Under the pieces are notes generated by a model. That model was not told the origin of the DNA. It worked only from the letters and a program-made list of their open reading frames with translations, and made no database searches. From Tetramitus jugosus (Eukaryota; Protista; Heterolobosea), in assembly GCA_937625935.1 (NCBI GenBank), contig OW569364.1:310001-374000 (forward strand): a stretch of 64,000 bases of DNA, read 5' to 3'. Shown in pieces: positions 19,122 to 30,779 of the stretch. A program made the position numbers and the translations under genes. The number at the start of each line of letters is the position of its first letter. The stretch's first letter is position 1.

Positions 19122-20138
19122 ATGTCCTTTTCATTCAATTTTGTTGTGGATGATGCATGTGATGACATATCCATGAACTTGAACGATAATACTACGACGA
19201 CCAACAATGACAATGATAGCAGCACTTCTCAAGACCAAAATCTCCGACCCGCTCTCAAACATGAACTCACAGAGAAGCGCAGAGAACGAATTCATCGTTT
19301 GTTGACATCATCGAAGACTAAAGTGAACAAGGATGCACCTCTCAAGATTGACACAATCAAATTGCCCAATTATGATCGCCATGTCATTCGAAAGGTCACT
19401 CTACCCAAAATGAATGAATCTTTGCTTGTTTCATTGCTAAGGAATGATGATGATGAGAATGATGATGAGATTGATGAAGAAAAAGAACAAGGTGGTGGTG
19501 GTGGTGCGAGTGATTTTGCTCAAGAGCTCGAAAAATCAGATTTGATCACTGGTCGATATGAAGGTGGATTCAAGCTCTGGGAATGCAGTTTTGATATCAT
19601 TCAATGTCTCATTGGAAGAATGTCCAATGGTGATGATGATGATGATCGGTCATTGTTGAATGGAAAGAGAGTGTTGGAATGTGGTTGTGGTCATGGCTTA
19701 CCGGGACTGTTTGCCATCAAGGAGGGCGCAACAGTTGATTTTCAGGACTATAACAGTGAAGTCATTGAGAGTTTAACAATGATGAATGTCATGTTGACAG
19801 AGTCGTCGAGTGCAATTGAAAATAGTGCATTCTATTCTGGTGATTGGCAATCGTTGATGAGTATTGTTCCTGCGAATAGTTATGATTTGATTGTGACGAG
19901 TGATACGCTCTATCATACGAGCTCTCATGGCAAGCTCTATCGGTTTATGAAACATGTGTTGAAACCGGATGGAGAGATATTGGTGGCTGCAAAACGATAC
20001 TATTTTGGATGTGGTGGAAGCGTGCATGACTTTAAATTGTTGGTGGAGAGAGATGGTGCAATGAGTGTTCGTACAGTTCAGGAGTTTACAGATGGACAAT
20101 CCAATGTTCGTGAAATTTTATCATTGAAATTCATATGA
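19122..20138 (+). CDS. METTL18: Histidine protein methyltransferase METTL18/Hpm1
   Basis: SDLITGRYEGGFKLWECS, VLECGCGHGLPG, FQDYN, AAKRYYFGCGG. Confidence 0.93.
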   Translation: MSFSFNFVVDDACDDISMNLNDNTTTTNNDNDSSTSQDQNLRPALKHELTEKRRERIHRLLTSSKTKVNKDAPLKIDTIKLPNYDRHVIRKVTLPKMNESLLVSLLRNDDDENDDEIDEEKEQGGGGGASDFAQELEKSDLITGRYEGGFKLWECSFDIIQCLIGRMSNGDDDDDRSLLNGKRVLECGCGHGLPGLFAIKEGATVDFQDYNSEVIESLTMMNVMLTESSSAIENSAFYSGDWQSLMSIVPANSYDLIVTSDTLYHTSSHGKLYRFMKHVLKPDGEILVAAKRYYFGCGGSVHDFKLLVERDGAMSVRTVQEFTDGQSNVREILSLKFI

Positions 20139-20144
20139 TCGTCA

Positions 20145-21600
20145 TCAAGTAGAATCATGCGACCAGCATTGTTGGATACTGTGATTATAAACTTCGATAA
20201 TTTTGCGAAACATTGCTGGATCATTCCTAACTTTTTCTCTAATCTTTTTCATTTGTTCAACAGGATTATGGAGTTGAATATGCCCATTTCTTTCTAAACT
20301 TTCATCAATTTCTCTCAACAGCATAGAGATGATTCCTTTGGCTCCATCCGATTGAGCAATGATATCTACAATAATTTCACAACTTGCAATCATAAATGCT
20401 TCAGACACTTGAGAATCTCCTGAACTTTGTGTTTGAATGATTACATTCTTGCAAAAAAGTGAGATGACACAATGATGGAACGTTCCATTTTCCTCTAATC
20501 TCAGCTTGTTATGCTCTGCATACTTAATCAAGAGCTTTCCCGAAAGGAATACTATATCTGGGTTTGTGTTACCCAGTAGTCGAACAAAAATGTGATCAAT
20601 ATTCTGCTCCTTTATAGGTAAGATGTCTATCCCGAACATATAATCTAGCACCTTTAAACTAGAGTGAAGTATACTCGTTTCATTGCAGTTGGATAACAAT
20701 GTGACCACAACATCAAATGTATTCATGCACAATTTAGGATACCCTCTTGACATAGCTTGAAACTTACGGCAGAAACAAAGATAATCAAAGCAAAGTAGTA
20801 ACGCCACCAAGGATCGATCTTCCAACAAATCGGATTGGTTTTTTGAATGTTTGTAGAGTCTACCATACCGAGTCAACGAATCTACGATTGCAACTACTTC
20901 ATCTAAAGAGAACTGTGGAAGAGATAGACTGACGTTAGAAACTGTGCATCAAGCAAAAAGTAAAATGATGGATGCATACTTCATCTCGAATTTCTTTAAT
21001 CTTAAGCATACTTTGTACAAGCTCAATACACTGATGAACTACTTGAGAAGGAGCCCTCCGATTCTGTAATATTGAGAAGACACCCAGACGAAGCGATCTC
21101 TCGTGATACATGGATATACAAGCCTATGAATTCTGATGCTTAGAAGAGGTTCAAGATTAAAGAATTGTAACAAATAAGGACTTGCCTTTTCGTTGTGCTG
21201 ACCGAGGGCGTTCAACGCTTTAACAAGTGGAAGGATCAAATCCGTTTGCTCAAGGTTGCAAACCATGTCGGTATTCTGTTGCTCAAGAATGGAAGAGAAT
21301 TGATGTAAGATTTCATGCAATCGATCTTCTCTGAAAAAGTATTGCTTATTCAGTAGTATGGCCTTAATATATTCTTCTATGTGCTCCGGTAATGATGGAG
21401 GTCTGTTAGACCATTCAGGGTAGCTATCTGAACAACGATCAATGTCATCTCTCAATTGTTCAATATACGTACGAAGGTTGGATCCAAGCATTGCAGAAAC
21501 TTGTTATCTTGTTCTTGTTTTCTTCAAGTAAAGATGTGTTATCTAGAATTTAACACTTACAAGGAACCTCCCTTTTTTAGAATACATGACATTCTTCGTC
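20145..21600 (-). CDS. Hypothetical alpha-helical (ARM/HEAT-like) multi-exon protein; exon structure unresolved
   Basis: Consecutive minus-strand ORFs 21039-21491 and 20145-20876, Leu-rich and helical, with GT-AG sites between them. Confidence 0.4.
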
Positions 21601-22056
21601 TTTGGTTGGATAGAGGCGGAACCAAAAGATCAGTGGGAAGTCTGCAGTAAATGTCTTCACTCAACGTCAGACAATGTAAGTAAGTATTCTGAATATCATC
21701 ATATCAAACAATCAATTTTTGAGCGTGCATGTGTTATTTATTGAAATTCATGTTTTTCGCAACAAATTCTTTTGGGACAAATAATGACGCTGTTATTTTC
21801 ACACAAACTGGTTGGATGACATCCTACGAAACAACCTGCAAAGAACATCTTTCTCTTTCCTAGGTCAAGCAAGAGTAAGAAAATGTCTAATCATGCCAGT
21901 GAATACACTCGAGTTCTCAACAGTCAACTTGGTTAATACCCCGCCAAATTCTCTTTTTCTTTGCGGAGGATTTCTAAGTAGCGGCGCAATTTTCGCAAGC
22001 AACACATTTTATCAACATCGCATTCAAATCAATAAATCTCACACCGTGTGCAACAA

Positions 22057-23047
22057 ATGATGTTTCGTCAAGCAATAACGAAGATTGCCAGCAACAGCAG
22101 AAGACACATCTTCTCTCAATCCTCACCAAGAACATTGTTCACCAGCGCAAAGCCAATGCTCAGTGCTGATGTTAGCTTTAAGGTATGTTCGAAAAACACG
22201 CAAAGCTTCTTCTGTTTCTCCCACACAATCTATTATTGATTGTCAAATCCCAAAACTCACACTCTTGCCTCTCTTATTGTTTATCGATACCTCAATGAAA
22301 CATTGAAAAAAATCAAAAAATTCAACATTGTCAAAAAACACATAAACACAACAGCACCAAGATGAACAAAGCAACAACCCTGACACACCATTCGACTTTA
22401 GTCCAGTCATGTATGAAAAGGTGAAGCAAGTGCTTGCAAAGTACCCTGCAGCCAACAAGAAGAGTGGTATTATACCACTATTGGACTTGGCTCAACAAGA
22501 AAATGGAGGTTGGTTGTCATTGAGTGCCATGAACAAGGTTGCTGACATTTGTGGCGTCCCACCAATCAAGGTTTATGAAGTGGCCACTTTTTACTCCATG
22601 TTCAACCGTTCTCCTATTGGAAAATATCAAATTCAAGTCTGTGTCACTACACCTTGCATGATCACTGGATGCGATGACATTATTCGTGCCATTGAAAAGC
22701 ATTTGCACATTAAGCTTGGTGAGACTACGCAAGACAAGATGTTTACATTGGGTGAGATGGAATGCATGGGATGCTGTGTCAATGCACCAATGATTGTCGT
22801 CTCTGATTTCTCCAATCCTCCAAATTATAGCTACAACTTTTATGAGGATTTGACATGTGAGAAGGCGATTGAGATTATTGAAATGTTGAGAAGAGGTGAG
22901 AAGCCTGTTGTTGGATCACAAACTGGTAGACAATGGTCCGCTGGCATACAGGGAAAGACTACTCTACAATTCAATGGAAAGCCACCTGGTCCATACTGTA
23001 GAAATTTGGATGAGACTCCTGCTGCACCAAAACCTGCACAAAAGTAA
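22057..23047 (+). CDS. NDUFV2: Complex I 24-kDa subunit (intron 22183-22354)
   Basis: IPLLDLAQ, EVATFYSMF, CVTTPC and ECMGCCVNAPM 2Fe-2S ligands; the presequence exon splices in frame. Confidence 0.96.
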
Positions 23048-23201
23048 TTTGTTTTTAATCAAAGAGAAAGAATGAAAATGTGAAGAGGGAGCAACACAGT
23101 CTTGTGTGAATCTCTCTGAGGTGTACGTATTATGGGGATAGACATTGGCAAATGCTGAATTGAATGAGCATTACTTAGTAAAAACAAAACATTTAATTAA
23201 C

Positions 23202-24455
23202 TCAATCCGTTTGTTCGAGTTTTATCTTTTTGGCGGCTGGAACTTCACTTGGTTGATCAATGCCTTGTTCGTGCTCCTCTTCCTTCTTGATCTGTACAAC
23301 TTGATCAATCGAGCGCTTGTTGTTCGAACTGGGCAGAGGCTCTTCCTTTTCTTGCTTTACACTGTTGGATTGCCCCTCCTTCTTCACCTTCTCTGCTGGC
23401 TTGAAGAACCGATGCAATGTATTCTTCTTTCTGTATTCTTCCAGTTTCTGCAAACACTTGTAGTCGTTGTTTCCAGAATAATTTACAAAGTTGCTCACCT
23501 TGTAGTATGCGAGGTGATCCTTAGCAACAGGCTTTAGTAATTTCTTCAACTTTACAAGCTCTCCAAAATCAGACGCGTCTGCTGTCAGCCATGTTTCAAT
23601 ATCTTCTGGTGTCTCCAGTATAATGGGTATTCTGTCATGCAAGAACTCAATATCCGTATTGGCACTATCTGCCGTCAGTATCGTAAACGTGTACTGAGGC
23701 TCAGACTTCACCTGTTCGTCCTCCTTTTTTGGTTTCCATGGGTTGTACAGTGCCGCAAAGCACATCAACTTTTTCACTACACGCGTTGACTTGTTACTCT
23801 CTTCCTTCTTCAACTGCAATGATTCACTTTTTTCATCTTTCACATCGTCGTCACTCTTCATATGAATAAAATAGGCTTGTTTCGATGGTTTGTTCTCCCA
23901 CTCATAGAATCCATCGACAAAGCACACACAACGCTTTCCACTCATCAATGGCTTACTGAACATGGCCTTACTCAATACAGTCTCTGATCTCGCATTGATC
24001 AGATTACTGCTCCAAGTTTTTGCCTCGCTCTCTGTTTTGGCCACATGAGGATAGAGTCCCCATTTCATTGTTTGAATCACAAAGGCATTTGAGTCCTTGG
24101 AGTAGTGCACAACAGGTAACATGGAAGTTGGTCCTGCATTGTACGTTGGCTTGTATAGGTCTTGATCGATCCATTTTAGCAAATGAATGGCATCAGCACT
24201 TGCATCATTCTTGTTATTGTGATGAGAGAGGACTTGGGCATGAACATTGGAGAGTTGTTGAGAGTCGACACGCACCTGATTGACAATGAGGTTTTGGTTG
24301 TAGGAGCCGTTACTGTTGCCACTACCACCACCACCACCACTACTGGAGCTACCAAAGCTATTGTTGTTTTGTGGGGCAGATCTTCTGGGTAATTGTCTGG
24401 AAACGTCTTGTCGGAAGCGAGAAGCTTCGAGAGTAGATGCTGATCTTCCACACAT
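23202..24455 (-). CDS. HMCES: HMCES/SRAP abasic-site sensor
   Basis: MCGR N-terminus, MKWGL, INARSET, DGFYEW, HDRIP. Confidence 0.94.
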   Translation of the reverse strand: MCGRSASTLEASRFRQDVSRQLPRRSAPQNNNSFGSSSSGGGGGSGNSNGSYNQNLIVNQVRVDSQQLSNVHAQVLSHHNNKNDASADAIHLLKWIDQDLYKPTYNAGPTSMLPVVHYSKDSNAFVIQTMKWGLYPHVAKTESEAKTWSSNLINARSETVLSKAMFSKPLMSGKRCVCFVDGFYEWENKPSKQAYFIHMKSDDDVKDEKSESLQLKKEESNKSTRVVKKLMCFAALYNPWKPKKEDEQVKSEPQYTFTILTADSANTDIEFLHDRIPIILETPEDIETWLTADASDFGELVKLKKLLKPVAKDHLAYYKVSNFVNYSGNNDYKCLQKLEEYRKKNTLHRFFKPAEKVKKEGQSNSVKQEKEEPLPSSNNKRSIDQVVQIKKEEEHEQGIDQPSEVPAAKKIKLEQTD

Positions 24456-24733
24456 TTTGTTACAATGTTGTTACTGAGAGTGTGACTGCTTTGCTTTCTT
24501 TGGGCTTGGATTGGCAGTTTGAAGAAAAAATTCCAGCGATTTGGGGAAGCGGTTTTCGAGGGAAAAATGGAAAACACTGACTGATGTTCGGTTGAACACT
24601 TGTCGAACTTATGGATGACAGCAGAAACACCGCTTGTTTTTGGTCCTGCATTCTTATCTGACGACGAAGTCAATCACAAAAGGCACTCCAACTCCTCCAA
24701 GCATTTTCACCAGAGTAACCAGGAAACGACACA

Positions 24734-27016
24734 ATGAAACTATTTGCCAGCTTTGGAACCAAGAAACAAGTCAAGAATGACCTGAAAGCTTTCGTTGGTG
24801 ACCTCACTCAAGAAGAAACAAGAGCAACTGATCAACACAGAACTCCACTCAACAATGACGCTTTAACAAGTGACGACGAAGACGAGGACCTCTACGACTT
24901 GGTCCAAAACGTCCAAAACACCCAAATTTCCTCCGACGAAGTTAATAACTCCGCGGATTGTAACAAAATTGAACTTGATGGCGCGAACACCAATGTACAA
25001 GAACTTGAAGCCAAAAAAACGCTGAAAGCAAACCAAAACAACACCCACCATACCAAAAACAACCCTAACCATAACATCAACCACAACCACAACAATAACA
25101 AGATGAATGATGACGTCCCAACTCCATTGAGCACTGGTTCCATTGACCTTGATGATATTGATCCTCAAGAGCTTGCTCGGTACATGAAGGAAATTGAGGA
25201 AGAAGAGAGATTGGAACTACTCCAAAAGAATAAAAAAAAGAATGGCACAAGTGATGAAGATGATGATGGTGACGACGTTGATGACGATGAAGAAGACGTT
25301 GATGGTATGGAAGATGATGAAGAAGTTGATGTGGATGATGACGATGATGATGATGATGACAATGTCATTATTTTGGACGATGAAGATGGTGAATATGATG
25401 GTGGTGGTGGCATATTCGATGACCAAGAAGTTCAAAACCTGTTGTCCTCTCGTGTCAAGGAATTTGAGATTCTAACAGTCAAGGAAATGGTTGCCAAACA
25501 AAACACTGAAGTGGCCAAGGTTTGTGAGTTGTTGGGCGTGACACCAGGTTTTGCTAGAGTACTCCTCCGAAAGTTCCAATGGAAGGAGGAAAAAATTACC
25601 AATCTGTTCTTGAACGAGGGCAGAGAAGCATTGTTGAATGAGGCTGGTCTATCACTAAAGGACGAAGACACACAACAATTGTTGAATTCTCAAGTCGTTG
25701 ACACTGCAGTCGTTGATGAAAATGAGGAGATTACCTGTGAGTTGTGCTATGATGATGTGTTGGTCAAGGACACTACGGCACTGCCATGTGGTCATCGCTT
25801 CTGTAACTCTTGTTGGAAGACATATGTCGAAATGAAGATTAATGAAGGTCAATCCAGAAGAGTCACATGCATGGGATTCAAGTGCGAGAGCATGGCTGAT
25901 GAAGTCATTGTTGGAAAGTTTATCTCTGGTGCTCTGAAGAAAAAGTACAAGCAATCCATTGCCGAGAGCTTTGTGGAAGACAACAAGAATGCCAAGTGGT
26001 GCCCTGGTAAGCATTGTGGACGATGTGTCATTGTCTCTATTCCTCCAACCACTCCACTGGAAGTCAAGTGCAACTGTGGAGAAGAATTCTGTTTTGCCTG
26101 TTCTGCAGAGCACCATTTGCCTTGCTCTTGTGATATGCTCAAGAAGTGGCTAAAGAAGTGTGAGGATGATAGTGAGACCTCCAATTGGCTAAACAGCAAC
26201 ACAAAGGACTGTCCAAAATGCAGCAAGCCTATTGAAAAGAATGGTGGTTGTAATCATATGAGTTGTCCTTGTGGTCATCATTTTTGCTGGGTGTGCAGCG
26301 GTGACTTCGATTATAAGACATACAGTCACTCTTGTGGTAGATACCAAGAAGATGACTCCACGGAGAGTGCCAGAAAGAGTCTAGAGAAATATCTGCATTA
26401 TTATAACCATTGGAAGGCACACAGCGATTCCAGAAAGCTAGAAAAGGACACCAGAGAAAGCATCAAAGAGAAGGTTCATGCAATGATCACAGCCAGACCA
26501 AATTCTGGTGCTATTGAGGCTCAATGGATGGAGCAAGGTGTCGAAGTGTTGTTCAACTGTAGAAAGGCCCTCCAATATTCTTATGCCTTTGGTTATTACT
26601 TGTTTGATGAATCTACTTCTGATAGACCAAAGGGTGTTCGTAAATTCCAGGGCGCTCAAAAGAAGATTGCACAAACTCTGTTTGAGGACAATCAACAGGA
26701 ACTTGAGAATACAACTGAAAAGTTGAGTCACTTGTTGGAGAGAGAGATGGAGGACATGTTCGACGAGCATGTCAAGAAAGATATCATGGGTGTTTCTGTT
26801 CTGGCAGATCGAAGATTGCTTGCTCTGTTTGATGTAATTCGAGCTGAGCTCTTGGAGAACGAGAATTCTATACCAAGAGCAAAGAGTGTACTCGGTTCCT
26901 CTTCTGTATCTGTTATGGCCTCCATGACCTCTTTTGGACAGGCAACGACTACGCCTATGCACAAAGATGAGGAAGAAGATATTCAGATGGCTATTCAACT
27001 CTCATTGTTGCAATAA
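24734..27016 (+). CDS. ARIADNE-type RBR E3 ubiquitin ligase with C-terminal UIM
   Basis: Acidic N-terminus, RING1-IBR-RING2 (IEKNGGCNHM), Ariadne domain, DEEEDIQMAIQLSL. Confidence 0.94.
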   Translation: MKLFASFGTKKQVKNDLKAFVGDLTQEETRATDQHRTPLNNDALTSDDEDEDLYDLVQNVQNTQISSDEVNNSADCNKIELDGANTNVQELEAKKTLKANQNNTHHTKNNPNHNINHNHNNNKMNDDVPTPLSTGSIDLDDIDPQELARYMKEIEEEERLELLQKNKKKNGTSDEDDDGDDVDDDEEDVDGMEDDEEVDVDDDDDDDDDNVIILDDEDGEYDGGGGIFDDQEVQNLLSSRVKEFEILTVKEMVAKQNTEVAKVCELLGVTPGFARVLLRKFQWKEEKITNLFLNEGREALLNEAGLSLKDEDTQQLLNSQVVDTAVVDENEEITCELCYDDVLVKDTTALPCGHRFCNSCWKTYVEMKINEGQSRRVTCMGFKCESMADEVIVGKFISGALKKKYKQSIAESFVEDNKNAKWCPGKHCGRCVIVSIPPTTPLEVKCNCGEEFCFACSAEHHLPCSCDMLKKWLKKCEDDSETSNWLNSNTKDCPKCSKPIEKNGGCNHMSCPCGHHFCWVCSGDFDYKTYSHSCGRYQEDDSTESARKSLEKYLHYYNHWKAHSDSRKLEKDTRESIKEKVHAMITARPNSGAIEAQWMEQGVEVLFNCRKALQYSYAFGYYLFDESTSDRPKGVRKFQGAQKKIAQTLFEDNQQELENTTEKLSHLLEREMEDMFDEHVKKDIMGVSVLADRRLLALFDVIRAELLENENSIPRAKSVLGSSSVSVMASMTSFGQATTTPMHKDEEEDIQMAIQLSLLQ

Positions 27017-27083
27017 AGCACTTATTATGTACAGTAATTTATCATAAACTTTACGTATAATATTATTATGTGGTTTCAGTAAC

Positions 27084-29147
27084 TTACAAAACCAACAATG
27101 TTGACACTAAGACAAGCAAAAGGAAGATAGAGTGAGCGAGTTGTGGGGCATTGCTTGCAACTGGATCCGTTGCCTTGAGACGAATGTCCGGTACCCTCTC
27201 ATCACCACACAACAAATCATAACCATCATTCGGACAGTCAACGTAGCCTGCATATCCAATCGGCAGACCAGTTGTAATTCGCTTGTAGCTTTGATCTTCT
27301 GGGCATTGAATGGTAAGTCCAGCAAGGACAATGGAGAGTCTGTTGTTGTCGCACTTGTATCTGTAACACCTAGCATCTTGGCCAAAGTCTCCTTGATTAA
27401 TAAAGATACGAGAAGCCACATTCGAATGGAAACATGCAGATTTTTCACCAAAATACTCTCCTTCTACTCGAGTCTTGATGTTATTTGGGTTTCTGCAATC
27501 TAAATCATCGGAAGCATTCAATGCTTTCGATCTCTGAATCATAGGGCAATAATCTGTGAGTGCACTTCTTCCACCAAGAGATGTCTTCTCAAAGTGTTGG
27601 TATTGTGTAGGTAGGGGCGAAGTGTAGGACACAATGTTACACACACCGACACTCGTGAGATCACTCGTGCAAAAGTTAGCTGATACGTCGTTCAAACCAC
27701 ACGAGTAACCCACATGAGTCATATAGTTGTTCCAGTGTTCACATCTCTTTGTTGGATCAGTCATTGTACAACCAGTGTTTCTGCCCCATGTCATCACCTC
27801 GGCTTTGCTCCAGTCAGTCACGTTGTACCATCCAGAGTCCTCCAATAGAGCAAGCGTCAGTTTGGAGAAGGCATAATATGAGGTGAACGCCAAGTAATCA
27901 CTGGATCCAGTCATCATTTCATTCATAAAGAGACGCATCTCCCAATGAGCACTACTAGTTGCAGCAGATCCATACTCTTCTAGATCAGCCCCTGTTACTT
28001 CAGAACAGTTGAAATGATCCTTGACATATTGAGCCACACGTGGTGTCACAAGTCGCAAGTTCTCTGTTAGTACGATATTGGAGTCATAACCAGTAATGCT
28101 CTTTTGAATCACAATCGTAGGAGAAGTGCGTTTCACTCCCGTTTCATCCACAAAGCTATCATAGAGAGCTGGACTGAATGCAAGCACGTGCATGAGCTCA
28201 TGTCTCACAATCCTATAGTTTGTGTCATCATTGAGCACATTGACCGGATGAAGGTTCAAAATACCGAGAACAGGCCTTCCAAACACTGGTTCTGCCTTAC
28301 AATGGAAAGCATATCCACCACTGATACCACTTCCACTTCTTCTGGGTCTCATGTACACGAGAATGGCCAAATCTGTTTCATTGGCACGCAGCCCGTTCGT
28401 GAGCAGATCATCAGGAAGGTAGTAGAGTGCTCTTCTGTCATCTTGACAAACGGCATTGTCGAATGAAAAGTCAGCACCTGTGCGACGCACTTGCAGCAGT
28501 GACTCATATTCGTCCTTTAGCTTTGGAATGACCGTGTTCTTCATGTATTCAATCTTTTCATTCGTGATGACCATGTTAGCTTTGCATAGCTCCCAACAGT
28601 TATCAGAGATTAGATAGCCAGAAGCGTCTTTTTGACCACAGTACACGTTATTGGTTGGAGGTATACCCATGGCAACATATTCGCCTTCCTTTGTGCACGA
28701 ACGCAAGAGAGCCTTGTCATCATACAGTGCATCTAAATAAAATGTGATGCGCAAGTTATTGAAGGTTGTAACCGTAGTTTGCCGCAATTGCGCCAGTTTT
28801 CTTTTTTGGCGCGAAGAAAAATCCCTATCTTCCGACGAAGAGAACAAATGGTCATCTTGTGGTTCAAGCTTAAGTGGTACAGGTATTCTTTGTATCTGTC
28901 TAACGACTTCACTGTTTGCAATTTGACTATGAATGCAATTGTGGTGGCTGTGATGATCATGGTCGTGGTTGTGATCCTTTTCGTCTTCCGTTGACAGGTG
29001 AAGTTTCCTGTCAGGTGGAATTAAGCGGGGTTGCTCAATGTTGCTCGGTGATGATGAGGCGATGATCATGGAAAAAGTCAAGAGAAGAACTAGACTCATA
29101 ATGAGTAGTGATAGCACTAGAGAGCTTCTCCTCAAGATGAACATCAT
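27084..29147 (-). CDS. Leishmanolysin/GP63 (M8) zinc metalloprotease, probably GPI-anchored
   Basis: Signal peptide, HNCIH propeptide switch, HELMHVLAF, AHWEMRLFMNEMMTG, LLEDSGWY, hydrophobic C-terminal tail. Confidence 0.94.
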   Translation of the reverse strand: MMFILRRSSLVLSLLIMSLVLLLTFSMIIASSSPSNIEQPRLIPPDRKLHLSTEDEKDHNHDHDHHSHHNCIHSQIANSEVVRQIQRIPVPLKLEPQDDHLFSSSEDRDFSSRQKRKLAQLRQTTVTTFNNLRITFYLDALYDDKALLRSCTKEGEYVAMGIPPTNNVYCGQKDASGYLISDNCWELCKANMVITNEKIEYMKNTVIPKLKDEYESLLQVRRTGADFSFDNAVCQDDRRALYYLPDDLLTNGLRANETDLAILVYMRPRRSGSGISGGYAFHCKAEPVFGRPVLGILNLHPVNVLNDDTNYRIVRHELMHVLAFSPALYDSFVDETGVKRTSPTIVIQKSITGYDSNIVLTENLRLVTPRVAQYVKDHFNCSEVTGADLEEYGSAATSSAHWEMRLFMNEMMTGSSDYLAFTSYYAFSKLTLALLEDSGWYNVTDWSKAEVMTWGRNTGCTMTDPTKRCEHWNNYMTHVGYSCGLNDVSANFCTSDLTSVGVCNIVSYTSPLPTQYQHFEKTSLGGRSALTDYCPMIQRSKALNASDDLDCRNPNNIKTRVEGEYFGEKSACFHSNVASRIFINQGDFGQDARCYRYKCDNNRLSIVLAGLTIQCPEDQSYKRITTGLPIGYAGYVDCPNDGYDLLCGDERVPDIRLKATDPVASNAPQLAHSIFLLLVLVSTLLVL

Positions 29148-29230
29148 TTCGTCGTGTGATTTTTCGTTTTTTACTATTTTTTGGCCGAATACAGATGACA
29201 GGTGCTTGACGAGTATTATTCTCGTGACGG

Positions 29231-30661
29231 TTAAGGATTGGCTGAAAGGTCCGATGGCGGCGGCACAGTGGATGATTCCAAATCCTCACTTTTGCCGACA
29301 ACTACAGGAGGGTGTTGCTGCTGTGAACGATCAGTATCTTCGTCAGAATCCGAGTCGAGCGCATGTAGTTCCAAAGAGCCTTCATCAGAGTCAAAAGCGT
29401 AGTTAATCTCGTTGAATCTTGTGTAGTGGTGGTTGGTTCGCTCTGGGACGAAAGAAGTCTTTGGAGCTCGCTCATACAAGAGACCAACATGACCTCCGAG
29501 TTGCATCAAAACAGCAACGATGATAAATATTGTTTGAACCACTCCTGGAAATTCTTTGAAAAAGACTTGACTGTAAATTAGGCCAAAAACGGTGGTCATT
29601 ACTTGAGAACACGCAAGCCAAGAGTAATACAAGTATTGGCAGAGTGGTGTTTGCAGCATGTGCACATGAATCGCTAATGGAATCAATGCAAATAACACTG
29701 ACCAACCACCGGTAAAGATCTTTGCATTCACCATGCTCAACAAGAGTGTCCTACGCAAAAACAATTCGTATGAACAATAAAGTGGGTTAGGCAAATGAAT
29801 GAATTACTCCAACATAAAAGGGCACATACAGGCATGTGAAAGCTGCTGGTACAAATAATCTCTTAAAGTATTCGAATTGATGAATAACAACAAGTCCAAT
29901 CGGTGCAATGATAGCCATCAAATAAGCAATCATAATTTTGGGATTATTTGAAAAGTTCAGAGTCAAATCAAACACCTCACTCAACGACTTTGCACTCTCT
30001 CTCGTATTCGCTTTCAATCCCACCAAGAGCAACAATAAATTTCCTGCAACAATCACAGCATACGAAGTGTAGTCTCTGTGTTTCATGCGATTACCACTAT
30101 ACCATGTAGTGTACTGAAGTCCAATCCAAACACCCACACTTGTCAAAGTCACTACAACCATCATTCGAATCAAATAGAGCGAAACAAACGAAAACAAGAG
30201 TCCAATGAGATAGAAACCAAGACAGATCCACCATCGCGGATCCATAATGTAAATTTTTTGATATTCAATTTGCTTTTCTGCATTCTTCAAGTGTGCGTAC
30301 CTCATGAGCGCACAAGCTATGTCAATCACAACAAACAACAACAACCAATAACAAGAACAACGACAATAATAAGCAAGAATGTTAGTGTGTTGTGCTTGAT
30401 GACACACAAAATTCGAATAAAGCACTGTGAATAACATACCAAAATGTGAAATTGCTCCTCCTCTGTACAGAATCAACAGTACATATGAATGATATTTTGG
30501 TGTAAGCGCTAGAATGATCAATCAGAATAAACAAAGAAGTGAAACAAAATGTGTGTATCAACGTACATGGTAGCAAGACAGATCCCAACAAGCACGCGAG
30601 GATTGATCAACTCAACAACAGCCGTCTTCCAATCCGACATCATTGCGTTACTACTGCTCAT
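29231..30661 (-). CDS. NIPA/DUF803-like membrane transporter (4 exons, including a 23-nt microexon at 30440-30462)
   Basis: Spliced product GICLATIGGAISHFACALMRYAH...PRWWICLGFYLIG matches the NIPA TM1-2 pattern; introns 30463-30566, 30317-30439 and about 29751-29829. Confidence 0.65.
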
Positions 30662-30779
30662 TCTGTTTTTTGATCCTTTTGTCGATATTTTACTTTCTCC
30701 GCCACCGACTCCTTTTTTGCTCTCGATCGGACTTTTCTTGTTTGAAGGAAAAAAGAACAACGAACACATCAAAGCAACA

